From contig JBIKWN010000001.1 in assembly GCA_044356295.1 (NCBI GenBank), forward strand, positions 107,352-171,351: a stretch of DNA of 64,000 nt, given 5' to 3'. The notes beneath the pieces are model-generated. The model had not been told where the DNA came from and did not search any database. It was given only the letters and a program-made list of their open reading frames with translations. A program made the translations under genes and the position numbers. Below, piece after piece: positions 1 through 12,000 of the stretch. Position 1 is the stretch's first letter, and each line of letters begins with the position of its first letter. Origin of the DNA: Bdellovibrionota bacterium (GTDB lineage: Bacteria > Bdellovibrionota_C > UBA2361 > JBIKWN01).

Positions 1-2352
<2,352 letters not shown>

Positions 2353-2468
2353 CAGTTTTGATTAAATTATTAACAACTTCAGGCAGTTTGGAGTGTTTTA
2401 ATTCAGCATAAAGTTATAGTTTCTGTGACCCATTTAATTTTTTTATCATCTGTGGCAATATTGGGCTT

Positions 2469-2576
2469 ATGGCATCACTAGCGAAAAAGACAAAAAAGAA
2501 AAGACAACTTAGAGACGATAAAATTCTTAAAAATCGTTTAAAGAATAGTAATAAGAAAAATCAAAGTAAGAAGTAA
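2469..2576 (+). CDS. Small, highly basic 35-aa protein (MASLAKKTKKKRQLRDDKILKNRLKNSNKKNQSKK)
   Basis: Hand-translated ATG..TAA below the ORF-track cutoff; Lys/Arg-rich; fills the gyrB-glmU gap; no clear Shine-Dalgarno. Confidence 0.55.
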   Translation: MASLAKKTKKKRQLRDDKILKNRLKNSNKKNQSKK

Positions 2577-2694
2577 TTCTTTACTTAACTTTGAATATAA
2601 GTAACTAAGTCGTAGCACTGAGCGCAATGTTTGGGGTGGTACTCCCTTATGAACGTTTTAAAAAGCGTTGCGTTAGGGTGTATTTAAATTGAAA

Positions 2695-4116
2695 TTATCC
2701 CTTCTTTGCAGCACCTCTTTTTTTTGTAGTCCAACCTTTTATCTCTTTTTGTTCAGCGCGAGTTACTGCAAGGGATCCTTCGCTTACATCTTTTGTGATA
2801 ACAGAGCCTGCGCCAATGGTTGTATCTGATTCAATCGTAACAGGGGCTACCAGGCTTGAATTACTTCCGATAAAAACTCTTTCACCTATAATTGTTTTTG
2901 ATTTTTTAATACCATCATAATTACAGGTAATCGTTCCAGCGCCTACGTTAGTATCCTTGCCAATAGTTGTGTCACCGATATAGCTTAAATGATTTACCTT
3001 TACCCCTGTTTCAAGAATTGATTTTTTTGTTTCAACGAAATTACCAATTCGCACATCTTTCCGAAGCACAGTTTCAGGACGAATGTTAGCAAAAGGTCCA
3101 ACACTTACTGATTCTTCAAGAATACTTCCTTCAATCCTACTTCCTAGTTTTAGCGTGCAGTTATCACCAATGATACTGTCGATAATTAATGCAGTCCCTT
3201 CAATAGTGACGTTTGAACCAATTTTCGTGTTTCCTTTAATTTGAATATTTGAACCAAGCTTTGACCTGGTTCCAACGGTAACTGATGGTTCTATATAAAC
3301 TGAAGAGGGATCTAAGCAGGTTACACCTTCAGCGATAAGTTTTTTCAGATGTTCATTCATAATTATTCTGTTTACGATTTGTAGATCTAAAAGATTATTA
3401 ACTCCCATAACGTGATCAAACGTTGGAGCTATATACCCAAAAATAGTTTGATGAGCTGCTGATGCAAGCTCAACCAAGTCGGTTAGATAGTATTCATTCT
3501 GAGAGTTATTGCTGCCTATCTTGTAGATCAGATCATTTAAAAGATTTTTTGAAATAAGATAAATTCCAGAGTTAACCTCTTGGATTTTCTTCTCAAGATC
3601 CGAGCAATCTTTTACTTCAACAATTTTACTAATATTTGATGTACTGTCTCTTACGATTCGGCCAAATGAGTTTTCCTTTGGTTCATTGACTGTAATCAAA
3701 GAAAGCGAAGCATTTTGAGACTTGTGAGAGATTAAAAAGTTCTTAAGGAGTGAAGCTTCAAGAAGTGGCGTATCACCGTATAAGATTAAAACATCTGAAT
3801 TTTGGGGAATTGATTGAAATGATGCTTCATCAGCCACTACTTTCACAGCATGACCTGTACCGAGCTGTTCTGATTGATGAACAAAATGAAGTTTTTTTAG
3901 ATGAGGCTCAAATACTGTTTTTACGTGCTTTTCTACAAACTCTTTTTTGTAACCTGTAACAATAAATATGCTGTCAGGGTTAAGATCTAATGCGTGTCGA
4001 AGAACGACATCTATCATAGCCCCTGCAACAGTTTCACAAAGGACTTTCGGAAGCTCGGTCTTCATCCGAGTGCCTTTTCCGGCAGCTAAAATGATAATAG
4101 CAAGATTAGAACACAT
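2695..4116 (-). CDS. glmU: Bifunctional UDP-GlcNAc pyrophosphorylase / GlcN-1-P acetyltransferase
   Basis: LAAGKGTRMK, QLGTGHAV, LYGDTP, EYYLTD, hexapeptide repeats, HLSYIGD, NYDG. Confidence 0.98.
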   Translation of the reverse strand: MCSNLAIIILAAGKGTRMKTELPKVLCETVAGAMIDVVLRHALDLNPDSIFIVTGYKKEFVEKHVKTVFEPHLKKLHFVHQSEQLGTGHAVKVVADEASFQSIPQNSDVLILYGDTPLLEASLLKNFLISHKSQNASLSLITVNEPKENSFGRIVRDSTSNISKIVEVKDCSDLEKKIQEVNSGIYLISKNLLNDLIYKIGSNNSQNEYYLTDLVELASAAHQTIFGYIAPTFDHVMGVNNLLDLQIVNRIIMNEHLKKLIAEGVTCLDPSSVYIEPSVTVGTRSKLGSNIQIKGNTKIGSNVTIEGTALIIDSIIGDNCTLKLGSRIEGSILEESVSVGPFANIRPETVLRKDVRIGNFVETKKSILETGVKVNHLSYIGDTTIGKDTNVGAGTITCNYDGIKKSKTIIGERVFIGSNSSLVAPVTIESDTTIGAGSVITKDVSEGSLAVTRAEQKEIKGWTTKKRGAAKKG

Positions 4117-4325
4117 ATCTGAAATATAATAATCTTACTTATGCATTTTCGCTACGTTATCTGAAGTATTTCAAAACAAATAAATAAGCAATTTAGGCAT
4201 CGAATTTGTCAGGCACTTACAGCCGACGTTAACTACAAAAAACAATGCACAATTGTTACAGGTGCTCATCGATACTGAGATCAATTAGAGCAATTAGCTT
4301 CCTTAATAGCACTTGCAATGACATT

Positions 4326-5285
4326 CTAGCCTCTAAGAGCTTCATAGCCAATATGTAGTGCAGTATATGTCGTATTAAGTGCAGGAGTTGAAATTCCCAT
4401 GCGAGCTGCAATTTTTACAATTGTGCCATGAAGTGCTTCCAATTCAGTCGGGTTACCTCTATCGATATCGACTGCCATTGATGATTTTGAATTTACCCCA
4501 ACTGTTTTGTATGCAATTGCTTTATCCATTGCCGCTTTTTTTTCTGAGTCGCCTAGTGGTATTTTCATTGCGTTTGCAACGGCAATTGTTTCATCTAAAA
4601 GGTCTTCAAAACATTGTATTCCAATAGGATCGTTAACAATTTCACCGACCGGGCGTCTTGTTAATGCTGTAACTCCGGCAAACGCTAAAATCCATGCGTA
4701 TTTTGTCCAAAGATCTTTCTCAATTGTATCACTTAGGAAGGTATCAAGGCCTGCATCTTTCATTACCAGGACAAGGGGGCTAAGAAGTTCCGCCTCTCTT
4801 GAATCACGCGTTCCAACGATAAATTTTCTTGGGCCGGCTGTTTGAGTAATAAATCCGCCTTCATTTTTAGCTGTAATGATATACGCAATTCCTGGAAAAA
4901 CATCGGCATTAGGAAACTTGTTTTTTATACGAAGATCATTATCGATCCCATTTTGAAATGTAACGACCTTTGCCGTACTCATCAGAGATGAAGGCAAACG
5001 CTCTGCAAAACCGACGATGTCGTATGCTTTTGTTGTGACCAGAATGTAATCAACATCAGCTAACTCTGAAACCGAAGAAACTGCCTTTACCTTTGGAAGG
5101 ATTATTTTTCTTTCGACTGTCTGAACAACTAGACCTGATGTCCTCAATGTTTCAAAATTACTACGTGCAACAAACGTAATATCAAGTCCCGCCTCTGCAA
5201 GATGTGCCCCTAGAAATCCACCAACTCCACCAACCCCAACCACTGCAAATCGAAGATTATTTTTCTCAATTTTGGTTTGAACCAT
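4326..5285 (-). CDS. panE: 2-dehydropantoate 2-reductase (ketopantoate reductase family)
   Basis: GVGGVGG Rossmann motif, TTKAY, FQNGI, LWTK, SSMAVD..GNPTE. Confidence 0.9.
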   Translation of the reverse strand: MVQTKIEKNNLRFAVVGVGGVGGFLGAHLAEAGLDITFVARSNFETLRTSGLVVQTVERKIILPKVKAVSSVSELADVDYILVTTKAYDIVGFAERLPSSLMSTAKVVTFQNGIDNDLRIKNKFPNADVFPGIAYIITAKNEGGFITQTAGPRKFIVGTRDSREAELLSPLVLVMKDAGLDTFLSDTIEKDLWTKYAWILAFAGVTALTRRPVGEIVNDPIGIQCFEDLLDETIAVANAMKIPLGDSEKKAAMDKAIAYKTVGVNSKSSMAVDIDRGNPTELEALHGTIVKIAARMGISTPALNTTYTALHIGYEALRG

Positions 5286-5390
5286 ATAGGGACTATATTT
5301 AGTTTAAAACTCCTAATCAAAGAATATTGTTAACTTTGGAAGGGAGGTGTGTATCAAACCTGGAAGATTACCAGTATTCATCGATTAAAT

Positions 5391-5566
5391 GTTTTTTTTA
5401 CAAGCTCTTCAACAAGATCGTTTTTATAACCGGTAACAATAAAAAAAGGGTACTGTTAGGACTGAGCCCTAAAGCGTGTCCAATAAGGACATCTATCATA
5501 GCCCCTGCAACAGTTTCACAAAGGACGTTAGGCAGCTAAAATAATAATAGAAAGGTTGGAACCCAT
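5391..5566 (-). pseudogene. Decayed duplicate of the glmU 5' end
   Basis: 5488-5526 identical (39 bp) to 4006-4044; flanks degenerate but alignable; reads MGSNLSIIILAA-stop versus glmU MCSNLAIIILAA. Confidence 0.85.
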
Positions 5567-5624
5567 GGGTAACTCATGATAAACATAGTCTCGCTTTTTC
5601 GCTACGTAAACTAAGGTAATTTCT

Positions 5625-6854
5625 ATGGCAAAAATTAAGGTAAAAACTCCAGTTGTTGAACTAGATGGAGATGAGATGACACGAGTCATCTGGGCTAAGA
5701 TTAAAAATGAGCTGATTCTTCCTTACCTTGATATTGATCTGAAGTATTTTGACCTCTCAATTCAGCACCGCGATGAAACTTCAGATAAGGTAACTGTGGA
5801 ATCAGCAGAAGCGATAAAAAAATACGGAGTTGGGATAAAATGTGCCACGATTACTCCGGATGAAGACCGGGTTAAAGAATTTTCACTTAAAAAAATGTGG
5901 AAATCACCAAATGGAACTATCAGAAATATTATTGGTGGAACTGTTTTTCGTGAACCAATTATCTGTCAAAACGTACCAAGACTTGTTTCTGGTTGGAAAG
6001 AGCCAGTAGTAATTGGGCGTCACGCATTCGGTGATCAATACCGTGCAACTGATTTCTTAGTTCCTGGAAAGGGTAAGCTTACTATGAAGTTTACTCCAGC
6101 TGATGGATCTGCTCCTATTGAACACGAAATATATTCTTTTGAAGAATCTGGTATGGCAATGGGGATGTTTAATGTTGATTCCTCAATTATTGGTTTTGCA
6201 CGAAGCTGTTTAAATTATGGTTTACTCAAAAAATGGCCAGTATACCTTTCAACTAAGAATACAATTCTTAAAGCATACGATGGTCGGTTTAAGGATCTGT
6301 TCCAGAAAGTTTACGAAGAAGAATTTAAGGCAAAGTTTGATGCTGCAGGAATCTGGTATCAGCACCGTTTAATTGATGACATGGTTGCATACTGCATGAA
6401 GAGTAGTGGTGGTTTTGTTTGGGCATGTAAAAATTATGATGGTGATGTTCAATCTGATTCGGTGGCACAAGGATACGGATCTCTTGGTTTGATGACATCT
6501 GTTCTTCTTACAGAAGACGGAAATACTGTAGAAACTGAGGCAGCACACGGAACAGTAACAAGGCATTTTAGACAGCATCAGCAAGGAAAAGAGACTTCTA
6601 CGAATCCTATTGCTTCAATATTTGCTTGGACAAAGGGGCTTGAATACCGAGCTCGATTTGATAATACTCCGGATGTTGCAGAGTTTGCAGCTGCGCTTGA
6701 AAAGGCGTGTATTGCAACTGTTGAAAGTGGAACTATGACTAAGGATCTAGCGCTTTGTGTCCATGGGGAAAGTGTTGATAGATCTCAGTATGTGACTACG
6801 GACTGGTTTATGAGTGCTATAGGTCAGAATCTTAGTAGTATTCTAAAAAAATAA
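5625..6854 (+). CDS. icd: NADP-dependent isocitrate dehydrogenase (IDH1-like subfamily)
   Basis: [56 protein letters not shown]. Confidence 0.97.
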   Translation: MAKIKVKTPVVELDGDEMTRVIWAKIKNELILPYLDIDLKYFDLSIQHRDETSDKVTVESAEAIKKYGVGIKCATITPDEDRVKEFSLKKMWKSPNGTIRNIIGGTVFREPIICQNVPRLVSGWKEPVVIGRHAFGDQYRATDFLVPGKGKLTMKFTPADGSAPIEHEIYSFEESGMAMGMFNVDSSIIGFARSCLNYGLLKKWPVYLSTKNTILKAYDGRFKDLFQKVYEEEFKAKFDAAGIWYQHRLIDDMVAYCMKSSGGFVWACKNYDGDVQSDSVAQGYGSLGLMTSVLLTEDGNTVETEAAHGTVTRHFRQHQQGKETSTNPIASIFAWTKGLEYRARFDNTPDVAEFAAALEKACIATVESGTMTKDLALCVHGESVDRSQYVTTDWFMSAIGQNLSSILKK

Positions 6855-6891
6855 ATAATAATCTCACTTGGAAGTTCAACAGGATTTAAAT

Positions 6892-9042
6892 TTAATAAAT
6901 ACTTTTACAATCGGTCAGGATGTTGTCTTCACTTGAAGAAGATTTAAGTTTAATAGTAACAAATGGAACTGTCTTCAAAGCTTTAGGAAGGGTGAATAGC
7001 ACACCGTTATCTTTAACTACTGTTGGTATATTTTCTAAGGTATGAGCCAGTATTGCACTTATTGAAGAATCTGGTTGAAGTGGGCTAGCAAAATTACAAG
7101 TCACCATTTTTACATTTGATTGCACAATGAGTGAGCTTAATTCAGAGTTGGAAATCTTTATACGAGGATGAAAGCTAAATTGAAAACTTCCATCCTCAAG
7201 CTCGACTTTATTAGTTAGAAAATCTTTGTAGAGATTAAGATTATCAGTTGAAAAAAGTTTGGAGTTCGATGAATAACTTGAGGTTACTAGGATGGTGTTA
7301 AGATCAATTATCTCAGAAAGAGTCCTTAAGGACTTTTCGTCAGGAAAGCTTGAAAGCTTTTGAGGCAGCTCTTTTACAAGACGAGTTTTTATTCCTGTAA
7401 ACCCATTTATACTTTTTAAGTTATTTTCAACAGACCAAAGTAAGAATTGATTCTGCATTGTCGCAAAATTAAAGAAGCTTTTAATTCCACCATCTTCTGA
7501 TTGAGTGTCTCCATATGGAATTAATACTCCAAGAGCACTACTTTTGGATTGATTGGAAGAGATATTTCTTGCCGAGAGAATATTTGAGCTCGGCTCAAAT
7601 GGAAAAACGGCTGAAATATTTTCTAAAAAAATAAAACAACAACAAAGGCAGCAGATTAAAATTTTCTCTCTCTTAGCTTGGAAAATTGCAAGCCAATAAA
7701 ATGCAATAAGTGAAAAGAGGTATATAGAAACAATACCAGCTCTGCTAATCGCTCTAAATCCCGAAAAACCAGGTATAAAATTATATAAGAAATAGTATGG
7801 TGAATAAGAAGCAATATCAGGACGGCTGATAGGTCCAAATGAAATAGCCATAAAAATAAAGGCGAGGGAAGAAAATAATAAAATAAGTTCTTGATTTGAA
7901 ATAATAGTTATTTGGTCAGTTTTTTTTACTATTTTAACTACTACCAATCCCAATAAAATAAGCGAAATCAACGTTAGCCAGGAAAGAGTAGAATTAAGAA
8001 TCCAATAAAAATCAGGAATCAGTGTACTTGCTATAAAGAGCGATAGAAAAACAGTAAAAATATATTTGTATTTAATAATTTTTTTGTGAGTTGCAGAGCA
8101 GTAAAAAGAAATCAGCGCTAGTAAAGGAATGAAAATTCCAGTGCCAAGACTTGCCTCAGAGTGTGAAAGATTAAATATTTTTGAGTAGAGAAAATTAAAA
8201 GATCCAAAAGATAAAAAAGATGCAATTGTTGCTTGAAAAGCGTGAGGTTCCCAATACCCGCGGTCTCCAAATGCTTTCAGTACATCTAGATAAGGTAATA
8301 AAAACGGAAGGGAAGGGGATAGTCCAAAAAGAAAAGTTACTACAAATCGAGAAATGAAAATTACCTTATTATCTGAATGAAATCGGACTGCCCACCAAAG
8401 AGACATCAGAACAAAAAGTATCCCTGAAAAAAATGTAAGGTAGATTGAACATAAAAAACTACAAAATAGAGATATCCCAATTAGAAATGGATAAAGAAGT
8501 CGTTCTTCCGACACCCACTTTAAAAATAGATAGATAACCAGCGGAACAATCCAAACATGGAGCATTTGAGGATGTCCAAAATGAGCCTGTATTGGAGCAA
8601 GTTGTGGTGTAAGAATTCCAAAAAAAATACTTAAATAAAAATTTTCAGTAAGACTGTAGAGCAGTAAAAAAGAAAAAAAACCAAGTAGCAGAAGAGCCAC
8701 AATAAAAATAATATTCCAACAAAGAATTTTCCCTATTCCTATATTTTTTAAAAGAAAAAATGCAAAAGATGGAAGTATCCAATTATCTGAGAAGGCAAGA
8801 CTTTGGGAGTATGGAAAGAATCCATTTGTTTCAAACCAAGTGCTTGGCGTAACTTGGTATGGAAACAGATTACAAAGCCAAATATAAATAGATGTATCTC
8901 CACCACTGCCTCCAAGATAATGAGTGGAACTTTGAATAATAATAGACGGGCTAAGTATTAGAAAGGCAACGAGAATACAGAAGAGAGCTACAGATTTCTG
9001 TCTAACTGTTAGTTGAGCAAGGGTGAGAACTGAAGCTTTCAT
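6892..9042 (-). CDS. Polytopic membrane protein, probable GT-C/YfhO-like glycosyltransferase
   Basis: Many hydrophobic helices, N-terminal GGD loop, FFPY..SLAFSD, PGFSGFRAISR, soluble C-terminal domain. Confidence 0.55.
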   Translation of the reverse strand: MKASVLTLAQLTVRQKSVALFCILVAFLILSPSIIIQSSTHYLGGSGGDTSIYIWLCNLFPYQVTPSTWFETNGFFPYSQSLAFSDNWILPSFAFFLLKNIGIGKILCWNIIFIVALLLLGFFSFLLLYSLTENFYLSIFFGILTPQLAPIQAHFGHPQMLHVWIVPLVIYLFLKWVSEERLLYPFLIGISLFCSFLCSIYLTFFSGILFVLMSLWWAVRFHSDNKVIFISRFVVTFLFGLSPSLPFLLPYLDVLKAFGDRGYWEPHAFQATIASFLSFGSFNFLYSKIFNLSHSEASLGTGIFIPLLALISFYCSATHKKIIKYKYIFTVFLSLFIASTLIPDFYWILNSTLSWLTLISLILLGLVVVKIVKKTDQITIISNQELILLFSSLAFIFMAISFGPISRPDIASYSPYYFLYNFIPGFSGFRAISRAGIVSIYLFSLIAFYWLAIFQAKREKILICCLCCCFIFLENISAVFPFEPSSNILSARNISSNQSKSSALGVLIPYGDTQSEDGGIKSFFNFATMQNQFLLWSVENNLKSINGFTGIKTRLVKELPQKLSSFPDEKSLRTLSEIIDLNTILVTSSYSSNSKLFSTDNLNLYKDFLTNKVELEDGSFQFSFHPRIKISNSELSSLIVQSNVKMVTCNFASPLQPDSSISAILAHTLENIPTVVKDNGVLFTLPKALKTVPFVTIKLKSSSSEDNILTDCKSIY

Positions 9043-12000
9043 TGCCCTCTGAGTGTAGAGTCTTTGCGTTTTTCAGCAAAGAGCCCCAAGGGGTTTTGCC
9101 TTGAGCTGTTTTAAAAGGTGTTCCAGCAGAGATTACGTTTCCACCGTTTTGCCCAGCTCCGGGACCCATTTCTAGGAAAAAATCAGCTGCAGCAATCATA
9201 TCCATGTCATGTTCTATTACAAAGACTGACGATCCTCTTTCAACAAGTGCTCTTAGAGAATTAATCAATCTAAAAACGTCACTTCGGTGAAGTCCAAGAG
9301 TCGGTTCATCAAGAATATAGAGAACATGACCTCGAGGATTGCCACTGAGTTCTGAAACAATTTTTAGTCTCTGGGCTTCTCCTCCAGAGAGCGTCACGGA
9401 AGATTGTCCAAGAGTAAGATAGCCAAGTCCTAAGTCGCATGCGATTTTTAAACTCTGATGTATTTTTTTATGATTTGAAAACTTACTTTTTGCTTCTTCA
9501 AAGGTAAGGCTTAGTACTTCACTAATCGTAAGACCGCCGTATCTAACGATTTGAATATCACTTCCATACCTTGTTCCGCTGCAGCTTTCGCATTCAACTT
9601 TTGCATCAGCAAGAAAATTCATTTCAAGTGTAATAACACCCGCACCTTTACATTCAGAGCATCGTCCTTTTCCAGCATTATAAGAGAAATGACCCTGATT
9701 CCACCCTTGGGCTCTTGCTTCAAGCGTGCTTGCAAACACTTTTCGTATTTCATCCCATACACCTAGATATGAAGCTGGAGTTGAGCGAGAAGTTGAGCCA
9801 ATTGGTTTTTGATCAAGATAAACAATTTTATCGATATTTTCATCAAATGTTATCTCTCCACGTTCCGAAGATATCGTATTTTTTTTATTTTTCCCTTCTC
9901 GAAGAGTGTAGTTAATAATTTCATGTATGAGGGTACTTTTTCCTGAGCCCGAAACTCCACCAATCGTTACAAGCTGCTTTAGGGGAAGTGTCGTAGAAAG
10001 ATTTTTAATTGTATGACAGTTAGCATTTTTTACCTTTAACTCAGGCGTTTTTTTCTTTACAACTTCGGCAATTTGCAGTGGGAGTGCTAAGGCAGCACCA
10101 GTTGGCGTTGTCCTATCAGTGTATGAAGTGACAGGCCCTTGAAAAACAATTTCACCTCCGTGAATTCCAGCCATGGGACCAATATCAATTATATGATCTG
10201 CTGACTTAATTGATTCGATGTCATGCTCAATTAAAATAACAGCATTATTGTTGTAGTTAAGAGTCCTTAATTTTTTTAGAACCAATCTGTTATCAAGTGG
10301 ATGTAGTCCAGCACTCGGCTCGTCAAAAATATACATTACTCCTGAAAGAGGAGATCCCATTGCGGTTGCTAATCGAAGGCGTTGTAATTCCCCACCAGAA
10401 AGTGTTCTGCAACTTCTAGAGAGCGAAATATAATCTAAACCTAGCTCACACAGAGACAATAACTTTGAGCGGAGTTCAATTATTACTGGTTCAGCAAGGG
10501 CTTGGTTCATTTTAGTAAGCGTCTGTGAGATCTTATCTAAAAATACAAGAAGTTCTCGAGGAGTTAAGCTTGAGCTCTCAAAGATATTTTTTCCGAATAT
10601 ACGTATATTTCTTCCAATAGCTTGTATGCGGGCTCCCTGACAACTTGTACATACAACTTGTTTTTCATCATGACCAAATCCGTCACATTCAGCACACCGG
10701 CCTCGCTTGGAATTAAATGAAAGATCTTCTGGGTCTACTTTAAAAAATCCAGTTTCACAGACGGGACATGCTCTTTTTGAACTTAATATCTCTTCTTTGC
10801 CAGAATCAGAGAGAATAATAATGGAACCACCACCTAAGGTTAAAGCTGTTTCTATAGTTTCAACGAGAACTTCTTTGTTAATAGTTTTTGGATTAAATTT
10901 TGCAATGACAAAATCAATAGAATGAACTTTTGATTTTGTTAGTCCTTCTGCAAAATGAGATGTCTTTCCAAGCACTGAATCAACACGTACTTCAAGAATC
11001 TCTGATTCGATAGCTCGAATAAATACCGCTTGATGACTTCCTTTTTTCTTAATGATGACAGGGGATAGAAGTCGAATCGTTGCATCTTTTCGATTCATAA
11101 TTTTTGTTGCAATTTCTTGAGCAGAAAGAGGTGCTATCTCTTGATCCGGATGGTCGGGACAGTACTGTGTTCCAGTTTTTGCATAAAGAAGTCTTAAGAA
11201 GTTATATACTTCTGACATCGTTGCCACGGTAGATAGAGCAGATGGTTGAAACGTATGCTGATAGACACAAATAGTAGGTCGTACATTACGAATTGAATCA
11301 ATATCAGGTTTTTTAAGCTCTTTAATAAATTGTCTTGCGTATGGAGACAAACAATCAAGGTACCTGCGTTGTCCTTCAGCAAAGATTATATCTTTTGCTA
11401 ACGTTGATTTTCCAGAACCGGATACTCCTGTGATGGCTACAACTTTATCGACCGGAATAGAGACTGATATATTTTTAAGATTATGCTCCCTGGCTCCTTT
11501 GATCTCTAGCTCAGATGTTTTTGTTACATCAGTAGTTTTCTGAGGATTTTTAGCTTTTGCACGAATTGTGTTTCCACAAGAAGAGATATAGGTGGAAAGG
11601 TGGTTTGCTGTTTCGTTTTTCTTTTCTTTTAGAAGCTCGGGGAGTGTTCCTTGAAAAAGCAGATGTCCCCCTTCTTCTCCTCCTTCAGGACCTAGATCAA
11701 TAATCCAATCGGCATTTTGAATGACTGAAAGATTGTGTTCAATACACAGCACTGAGTTTCCACGAGAAATAAGTTCTCTGAGTAGTCGAATAAAATTTTC
11801 AACATCATGGACATGAAGCCCAGAGGTGGGTTCGTCAAAAATAAATAGATAATGTTTTGATGAGTTCTCGGATAGATATGGAACAAGTTTTAAACGCTGG
11901 GCTTCGCCTCCACTTAATTCACTAAGAGGATGTCCTAAACGACACGCACCTAATCCAAGTTTTTGCAGAACTAAAAGTGTCGCTGATACTGATTTATTAT

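Noticed and set aside
5327..5539. 70-aa plus-strand ORF
   Set aside because: Antisense shadow of the decayed glmU duplicate
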